Shown piece by piece: positions 58,333 to 64,000 of a DNA stretch of 64,000 nucleotides. The stretch's first letter is position 1. The number at the start of each line of letters is the position of its first letter. The notes beneath the pieces are model-generated. The model was not told the DNA's origin. It saw only the letters and a program-made list of their open reading frames with translations, and did no database searches. The DNA is from a candidate division WOR-3 bacterium (GTDB lineage Bacteria; Hydrothermota; Tepidihabitantia; Tepidihabitantales; Tepidihabitantaceae), in NCBI GenBank assembly GCA_965649225.1, contig CBFGJX010000014.1:1-64000 (forward strand), in the 5' to 3' direction. The translations under genes and the position numbers were made by a program.

Positions 58333-59145
58333 ATGGCGGACGAAGAAGCCAAAGGCCAGAAGGCAAAAGCCAAAGGTCAGAAGCCGAAAGCCAGAGCGCA
58401 GAAGGCGAGCCCGAAGCGAATCGAGGAGTCGCCGGCGATCCCGGGTCCCCAGGCCCCGGCGCCTGAGCCGGCCGACCTCGTCACCATCCACGTGATGGGT
58501 CAGGCCTACCGGGTACCGGCCGGCCTGACGATCATGAAGGCAATGGAGTATGCCGGCTTCCGTTTCGTTCACGGCTGCGGCTGTCGGGGCGGATTCTGCG
58601 GCGCCTGCGGCACGGTCTATCGCAAGGCCGACTCCTACAAGCTGAAGGTTGGTCTCGCCTGCCAGACCGTCATCGAAGACGGCATGTATCTCACCCAGAT
58701 TCCCTTCTACCCCGGCAACAAGGCCACCTACGACATCAGCCAGACTCCGGCCTCAACCCAGATTCTTGTCCGCCATTACCCGGAGCTGATGCGCTGTATC
58801 GCCTGCAACTCCTGCACCAAGATCTGCCCGCAGGAGCTCGACGTCATGGGCTATGTCAACGCCGCCATCCGCGGCGACATTGCCCGCGTCGCCGACATGT
58901 CGTTCGACTGCATCATGTGCGGTCTCTGTGCCTCGCGCTGTCCGGCCGAGATCGTTCACTACAATGTCGGCCTGCTCGCCCGCCGGCTCTACGGTGCCAA
59001 AATCGCCAAACGCGCCGCACACCTCGCCGAACGGATGGCCGAGATTCGTGCCGGCAAATTCGAACCCGGACTGGACCGGCTCTGTGCCATGAGCGAGGCC
59101 GAACTGTCGGAAAAATACTACCAAGAGCGCGACGTCGAGCCGTAG
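58333..59145 (+). CDS. Succinate dehydrogenase/fumarate reductase-like iron-sulfur subunit
   Basis: CRGGFCGAC...LAC [2Fe-2S] and two CxxCxxCxxxCP motifs. Confidence 0.85.
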   Translation: MADEEAKGQKAKAKGQKPKARAQKASPKRIEESPAIPGPQAPAPEPADLVTIHVMGQAYRVPAGLTIMKAMEYAGFRFVHGCGCRGGFCGACGTVYRKADSYKLKVGLACQTVIEDGMYLTQIPFYPGNKATYDISQTPASTQILVRHYPELMRCIACNSCTKICPQELDVMGYVNAAIRGDIARVADMSFDCIMCGLCASRCPAEIVHYNVGLLARRLYGAKIAKRAAHLAERMAEIRAGKFEPGLDRLCAMSEAELSEKYYQERDVEP

Positions 59146-59154
59146 GAGGACAAC

Positions 59155-60789
59155 GTGTACCCGGTGTCAATGCAGCAATCAATCCAGCGGCTCGAGGCCA
59201 CCCGGCAGGCCCGTATCGCTCAGGGCAAAATCCCGCTCATCACCGCCGAACAGAAAAAAGAACTGCTCGGCAGTTTCCATCCCGACTATATCGCCAGCTC
59301 GATGCGGACACTCGCCGTCGGCCCCAACAAAGGCGACCGCACCCCGCACGAGCTCGCCGACATTCTCGAAGCCTGGCCGGTGGTCAATCCGGCCCGGCTG
59401 GCCGCGGCCCGCACCGCCCGGTCGGTCGATGTCCTCATCATCGGTGCCGGCGGTGCCGGGGTCAGCGCTGCGCTTGAAGCCGCTGCCGCCGGCGCCCGCA
59501 CTCTGGTTGTTACCAAACTGCGCATCGGCGACGCCAACACGATGATGGCCCAGGGTGGCATTCAGGGCGCCACCAAGCCCAACGACTCGCCCGAGCGTCA
59601 TTATCTCGACGTGCTCGGCGGCGGGCACTTCAAGAACATTCCCGCCCTCGCCCGGGCACTGGTTACCGACGCGCCGGGCATCATCGAATGGCTCGAAGAA
59701 CTCGGCGTGATGTTCGACAAGGAACCCGACGGCACGCTGGTGACCATTCACGGCGGCGGCACCTCGCGCAAGCGGATGCACGCTGCCCGTGACTACACCG
59801 GGGCCGAAATCATGCGCACCCTGCGCGACGAATTCCGCAACCGCGGCCTGGAGCTCATCGAATACTGCGCCGCGGTCGAGCTGCTCACCGACGACAAAGG
59901 CAACTGCACCGGCGCGGCGTTTGTCAACCTCGACACCAACGAACTCTTTACCGTCCGGGCCAGGACGGTCATCCTCGCCACCGGCGGCTGCGGCCGGCTG
60001 CACATTCAGGGCTTTCCCTGCACCAACCACTACGGTGCCACTGCCGACGGCCTCGTCCTTGCCTACCGTGCCGGTGCGCCGCTCGCCTTCATCGACACCA
60101 TCCAGTACCACCCCACCGGCGTCGCCTACCCCGAACAGATTGTCGGCCAGCTCATCACCGAGAAAGTCCGCAGCATCGGCGCCCATCTCGTCAACGTCGA
60201 CGGTGACCGCTTCATCTACGAACTGGAAAGCCGCGACATCACCGCCTCGGCAATCATCCGCGAATGCAAAGGCCGGGGCAAAGGCATCGTCACCCCCACC
60301 GGCTCGTTCGGTGTCTGGCTCGACACGCCGCTGATTGAAATCCTCAAAGGCCCGGGTGCGGTAAAAAAGAACCTGCCGGCGATGTACCGGCAGTTTGAAC
60401 GCTTCGGCATCTACATGGACAAAGAGCCGATTCTCACCTACCCCACCCAGCACTACCAGAACGGCGGCATACTCATCGACGACTCCGGCCGTACTGCCGT
60501 CAACAACCTCTATGCCGCCGGCGAGGTCGCCGGTGGCATCCACGGCCGCAACCGGCTGATGGGCAACTCGCTGCTGGACATCCTCGTCTTCGGCCGGCGC
60601 GCCGGGCGGGCGGCGGCCGCGGCGGCAAAACAACTCAACGAACCGGACGGCGGCTTCCGCCACGTCGAAAGATTCACCGCCGAACTCAAGGCGGCCGGCG
60701 TACCCGGCGAACGCTGCTCGCCGGTGCTGTTGCCCGAATACCGCCGGCCCGGCCTCCGGACGCCGTTTCCTTTTGCCGACTGCCGCTGA
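59155..60789 (+). CDS. Succinate dehydrogenase/fumarate reductase-family flavoprotein subunit
   Basis: GAGGAG, AQGGI, QYHPTG, ELESRD, HYQNGG, HGRNRLMGNSL. Confidence 0.9.
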   Translation: MYPVSMQQSIQRLEATRQARIAQGKIPLITAEQKKELLGSFHPDYIASSMRTLAVGPNKGDRTPHELADILEAWPVVNPARLAAARTARSVDVLIIGAGGAGVSAALEAAAAGARTLVVTKLRIGDANTMMAQGGIQGATKPNDSPERHYLDVLGGGHFKNIPALARALVTDAPGIIEWLEELGVMFDKEPDGTLVTIHGGGTSRKRMHAARDYTGAEIMRTLRDEFRNRGLELIEYCAAVELLTDDKGNCTGAAFVNLDTNELFTVRARTVILATGGCGRLHIQGFPCTNHYGATADGLVLAYRAGAPLAFIDTIQYHPTGVAYPEQIVGQLITEKVRSIGAHLVNVDGDRFIYELESRDITASAIIRECKGRGKGIVTPTGSFGVWLDTPLIEILKGPGAVKKNLPAMYRQFERFGIYMDKEPILTYPTQHYQNGGILIDDSGRTAVNNLYAAGEVAGGIHGRNRLMGNSLLDILVFGRRAGRAAAAAAKQLNEPDGGFRHVERFTAELKAAGVPGERCSPVLLPEYRRPGLRTPFPFADCR

Positions 60790-60805
60790 GACGCGGCCGA
60801 AAAAC

Positions 60806-60838
60806 CGGAGGGCGGCTCGGCCGCCCTCCGCTGTTTTT
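60806..60838 (+). terminator. Bidirectional rho-independent terminator
   Basis: CGGAGGGCGGC-TCG-GCCGCCCTCCG with a T-tract downstream and an A-tract upstream. Confidence 0.7.
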
Positions 60839-60849
60839 CGCTGCTGCGG

Positions 60850-62532
60850 TTACTGAACGATCAACTGCCGGGCGACCGTTCCGCTTTCAGACTCCAGCCG
60901 GACAAGATAGACCCCGGGCGCAACCCGGCGACCCGACCCGTCGCACCGGTCCCACACCGCTGTCGTGCCGGCCGGCCGCTCGAACCGCCGCACCAGCCGG
61001 CCGCCGGCATCGAAAACCTCCAGCGCCCGGGCCGCACCCGGCCAGCTCAACACCGCTCCGGCGGTCACCGGGTTGGGCCGCACCATCAGCCCGGCACCGA
61101 CTCTACCCGGCCCGGCCCCACCGGCCAGGCCGGCAGTCCAGGGCGAGTTCCAGTAAAGATTGCGCAGTCCGGCGCCGACAAACACACAGCCCGCACCGGT
61201 ACCCGGCGCGCCGGGCGAATACACCAGCAATGGCCGTACCTCCCAGCCGGTGCCGGCGCTGTGGGTATTGATGCGCAGCGTATCGGACCAGCCGGTGGGA
61301 TTGGCCTGATTGCAGTAATGGCGGAAGACGGTACGGGTTGTGGTCTCACTGATGTAGGAAGCGTTCACCCAGGGGTTGCCCGGCTCGGCGTAGGGCTTCA
61401 GGTCACCGTAGGCCTCGATTGCCGTACTGCTGCCGGCAAGAAAACGGGCGCTGCTCCAGTGCCGACCGACATCGGTTGAATAGTTGTACAGGATGTCCCA
61501 GTCGCCACTGCCCTGAAAATTGTGTGAACACAGCAGCCACACCGTTGCGCTCTCCGGCGGTGTAACAAACGACGGCGCTATCACCGGGTCATCCACCGGA
61601 AAAGTGTCGATGTGAACATTCACTGTCCGCCAGCTGTCCGGTGCTCCATAAAAAGTGTTGATTGCCAGCGCCAGCTCACCCAGCCACGGCCGGTAGCCGA
61701 CATAGCCGGCAGTGTAGAGATGATCGGCGGCACCGGCCTGATAAGACCCGTCGCTGACAAAGCGGAACAAATTGGTCTGGGCCCAGGTCCGGCCGAAGTC
61801 GGTTGACCGCAGTCCGTAGTCGTTGAACGCGCTGGTATGGTCGTCATTACCGACACAGGCGTAGAGATAATACGGCGCGACATAGTCGCGACAGAACGTG
61901 AAATTATTGATTGTCGCGCTGTCGTGCGAGACCCAGAAACTTCCGCCACCCGAACCGTCCCGCCGGATCCGCACGCAGCTGACATCGCCATTGTTGTCCG
62001 GGTGCGTCATCATCACGAAGACAAACGCCGAGTCGCCCGACCCGACCACCACCGCCACCCGCCGCACCAGCGAAGTCGGAATCGTCCAGATTGCTGTCAA
62101 CGGGTGCCAGGTCGAGCCGTGGTCAGTTGACTTCACCAGCCGGACTGACGAATCGCGCGCCAGTGAATAAGCCACATACATCGTCCCATCCGACTCGTAG
62201 TCCGCGCCGGTCGCGACGATTGTCCCGGTGTCAATCACCACATCTGGGCCGTCCAGCTCGGGCAGCGGCCACCAGCGCGGGCTGACGACGACACCACCGC
62301 CATCATCGGCCAGCGCGGGCTGGTATTCCAGATAAATTGCCTGAATGCGGTTCTCGTAACCCTTCAGCACCGCCGTCGGTTCCCCGCGGGCGGCAGCGGC
62401 AGCCTGTTCGGCCCGCAACCTCAGCACCCGCCCGTCATCTGCCGCCGGCGTTATCGGCCCCAGAGCGCCCGGGGCATCGAGCCCTGCGCTCAAAGCCGTC
62501 AGCAGTAGCAGACCTACCACCATCCTCGTCAT
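60850..62532 (-). CDS. Secreted BNR/Asp-box protein with T9SS/FlgD-like CTD
   Basis: Signal peptide; STDHGSTW, STDFGRTW, STDVGRHW; PNP...FDAGGRLVR...WDRCD..G..VAPGVY; GGAGGAG RBS. Confidence 0.85.
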   Translation of the reverse strand: MTRMVVGLLLLTALSAGLDAPGALGPITPAADDGRVLRLRAEQAAAAARGEPTAVLKGYENRIQAIYLEYQPALADDGGGVVVSPRWWPLPELDGPDVVIDTGTIVATGADYESDGTMYVAYSLARDSSVRLVKSTDHGSTWHPLTAIWTIPTSLVRRVAVVVGSGDSAFVFVMMTHPDNNGDVSCVRIRRDGSGGGSFWVSHDSATINNFTFCRDYVAPYYLYACVGNDDHTSAFNDYGLRSTDFGRTWAQTNLFRFVSDGSYQAGAADHLYTAGYVGYRPWLGELALAINTFYGAPDSWRTVNVHIDTFPVDDPVIAPSFVTPPESATVWLLCSHNFQGSGDWDILYNYSTDVGRHWSSARFLAGSSTAIEAYGDLKPYAEPGNPWVNASYISETTTRTVFRHYCNQANPTGWSDTLRINTHSAGTGWEVRPLLVYSPGAPGTGAGCVFVGAGLRNLYWNSPWTAGLAGGAGPGRVGAGLMVRPNPVTAGAVLSWPGAARALEVFDAGGRLVRRFERPAGTTAVWDRCDGSGRRVAPGVYLVRLESESGTVARQLIVQ

Positions 62533-62674
62533 TGCCGACTCCTCCACATTCCGATTGCAGACCACGGCTGCATCTCCCCGACTCCCAGAAACCGGGCTGA
62601 CACTACACCCGTTCCGGCCCGCCGCCCTGTTCGGCATAAGTGTAGGTCGGCATCCCGGGCTGTCAACGCGACTG

Positions 62675-62707
62675 CGGCCGGCAGGAGAGCAGCGCTCCTG
62701 CCGGCCG
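62675..62707 (-). terminator. Hairpin downstream of the capsid-like gene
   Basis: 13-bp perfect stem CGGCCGGCAGGAG / CTCCTGCCGGCCG. Confidence 0.55.
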
Positions 62708-62721
62708 TTTCGCTTGCGGCA

Positions 62722-63087
62722 TCACGCCGGCGCCGAGACGTTGAAGACCTGGAGCCGGATTGCCTCCAGCACCGACTGGGTCAGGCCGCGCGCTACCCAC
62801 TTATTGAGCAGCACCAGCGCTTCCAGCTGCAGCGAAGTTCCGGAAACACCCCGGCGTTGCAGTCGCCACAGCTCGCGGCCGTAGGCCAGATAGTGCGGGT
62901 AGGCAATCGTCGGCACTCCCTCACTGTCCAGCACCTGCTTCACCTGCGTCTCCATCTCGGCGAGGCTGGTGAACACGCTGTTGACGCGTTCCAGCATCGT
63001 CGGCCGCATTTCATCCAGCATCGCCTTCACCCGTTCGGTATTGAACTTGACGCTCCATCTTGCGATTCGCCTGGTCGGGTCCGCCAT
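62722..63087 (-). CDS. Small alpha-helical protein resembling the SIRV2/Adnaviria major capsid protein
   Basis: RIARWSVKFN, VKQVLDSEGV.....YLAYG, SG.SL and VLEAI motifs; very strong SD AAGGAGGTGA. Confidence 0.75.
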   Translation of the reverse strand: MADPTRRIARWSVKFNTERVKAMLDEMRPTMLERVNSVFTSLAEMETQVKQVLDSEGVPTIAYPHYLAYGRELWRLQRRGVSGTSLQLEALVLLNKWVARGLTQSVLEAIRLQVFNVSAPA

Positions 63088-63312
63088 TCCACATCACCTC
63101 CTTTCTGCGGACGGTTCCGCGGCGGCAAAGCCAGCCGGTGGCCGGTCGACTGCTGCTGACTCTGCCGCTGTCGGCACGCGGCCGCGTACCGGGCTCTGCT
63201 TGCGGCCAGAACCATCTGATTAGAGCCACCGTCACCGGTTCCGGCGACAACCGGCCGCAAAAAAACCTGCGGCCGGCGGAAACCGCCGGCCGCAGCAGCC
63301 AACAGTCGGGGG

Positions 63313-63690
63313 CTACTCGATCGTGGCCAGCAGATACGCCTCGTCGCTCGACGCGCTGAAGTGCCAGTACGGCCATTCGCTCAATGTCACGGTTGCCGCG
63401 ACACTGCCGCTTTCCTCGGGGTCGCGCGCCGACTGCAACTTCAGCACCGCCCGGGTCATGTCCATCCGCACAATCGGAATCTCCCGGGTTTGCTGCAGTT
63501 TGACAGTGCACAGATAGACGGTCTCCCCCGGCTCAATCCGCTTTCCCAGCATGTGCACCGGGTCAAGCGTATCGCATTTCAGCCAGACTTTTATGTCGGT
63601 CGGATCACAGCTCACCACCGCCAGCAGCAGCACCGGCAGCAGCAACAACAGCCAGCGGACATTCGGTCGCTTGATGGAATCAGTCAACAT
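63313..63690 (-). CDS. Hypothetical lipoprotein
   Basis: Hydrophobic stretch with VVSC lipobox. Confidence 0.65.
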   Translation of the reverse strand: MLTDSIKRPNVRWLLLLLPVLLLAVVSCDPTDIKVWLKCDTLDPVHMLGKRIEPGETVYLCTVKLQQTREIPIVRMDMTRAVLKLQSARDPEESGSVAATVTLSEWPYWHFSASSDEAYLLATIE

Positions 63691-63828
63691 AAGGAAATTG
63701 TACCGCCGCTCGTGGCGGTGGTAAAGTTCTGGCCCGTGCCAGTCGCAGCCGGACCATTCAGGACCGGTCCGCCCGGGAATAACGCCGCCGCCCGATGGTA
63801 TGTATCAGTGATGACCTCGGGAGACACT

Positions 63829-64000
63829 ATGAAAAACCGGCTTTCTGCCCTGGCCTTGGCCACTGCGCTGCTCTTTGCCTGCAACCGTCAGCCCCCGGCC
63901 CCGGCCGCCGCCGCACCACCCGCCCCCGGCACACCACCAGCGGTGCCGGCGCCAACAGTCGTCATCCGCGAAATCCACCACTACCAGCCCCAGCGCGTCC
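63829..64000 (+). CDS. Hypothetical lipoprotein (5' part, runs off the window)
   Basis: GGAG RBS; MKNRLSALALATALLFAC lipobox; Pro/Ala-rich linker. Confidence 0.7.
   Translation, partial: MKNRLSALALATALLFACNRQPPAPAAAAPPAPGTPPAVPAPTVVIREIHHYQPQRV

Noticed and set aside
60850..64000. Prophage around the capsid-like gene
   Set aside because: No integrase, terminase, replication or other virus-like genes among the neighbours visible here; sequence beyond 64000 is unseen.
1..64000. tRNA/rRNA genes, including selC, and IS transposases
   Set aside because: None recognised by eye; a covariance-model search would be needed to exclude small RNAs.

Overview
High-GC (roughly 65% by eye) bacterial chromosomal segment. 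Its many secreted proteins with T9SS/FlgD-like C-terminal sorting domains and Lys-rich Kelch modules suggest candidate phylum WOR-3 or a related FCB-adjacent lineage (inference). Housekeeping content: asd, msrA, system II cytochrome c biogenesis genes, CCA-adding enzyme, radical SAM protein, rpmA, and a two-subunit fumarate hydratase plus soluble fumarate reductase-like operon. There are two lower-GC defence insertions: a lone AIPR gene, and an island with a PGN_0703-like nuclease, an N4mC MTase + TdeIII/MjaII-type REase, an HNH nuclease, a tandem pair of Holliday-junction-resolvase-like nucleases and several gene remnants. Most notable observations: (1) a stand-alone 121-aa gene (62722-63087) resembling the SIRV2/Adnaviria major capsid protein, with no viral neighbours; (2) a secreted protein (37961-38866) split by an in-frame TGA followed by an fdhF-like SECIS hairpin, a candidate new selenoprotein family; (3) a TPR-sigma54 activator followed by a complete sigma54 promoter and an operon whose large secreted protein carries four amino-acid-identical copies of KGSGTVHVTGTSK; (4) a ~130-bp non-coding element with exactly conserved motif spacing at the left edge of both defence insertions. 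No rRNA, tRNA or CRISPR array was recognised. All family assignments are by motif recognition, not database search.
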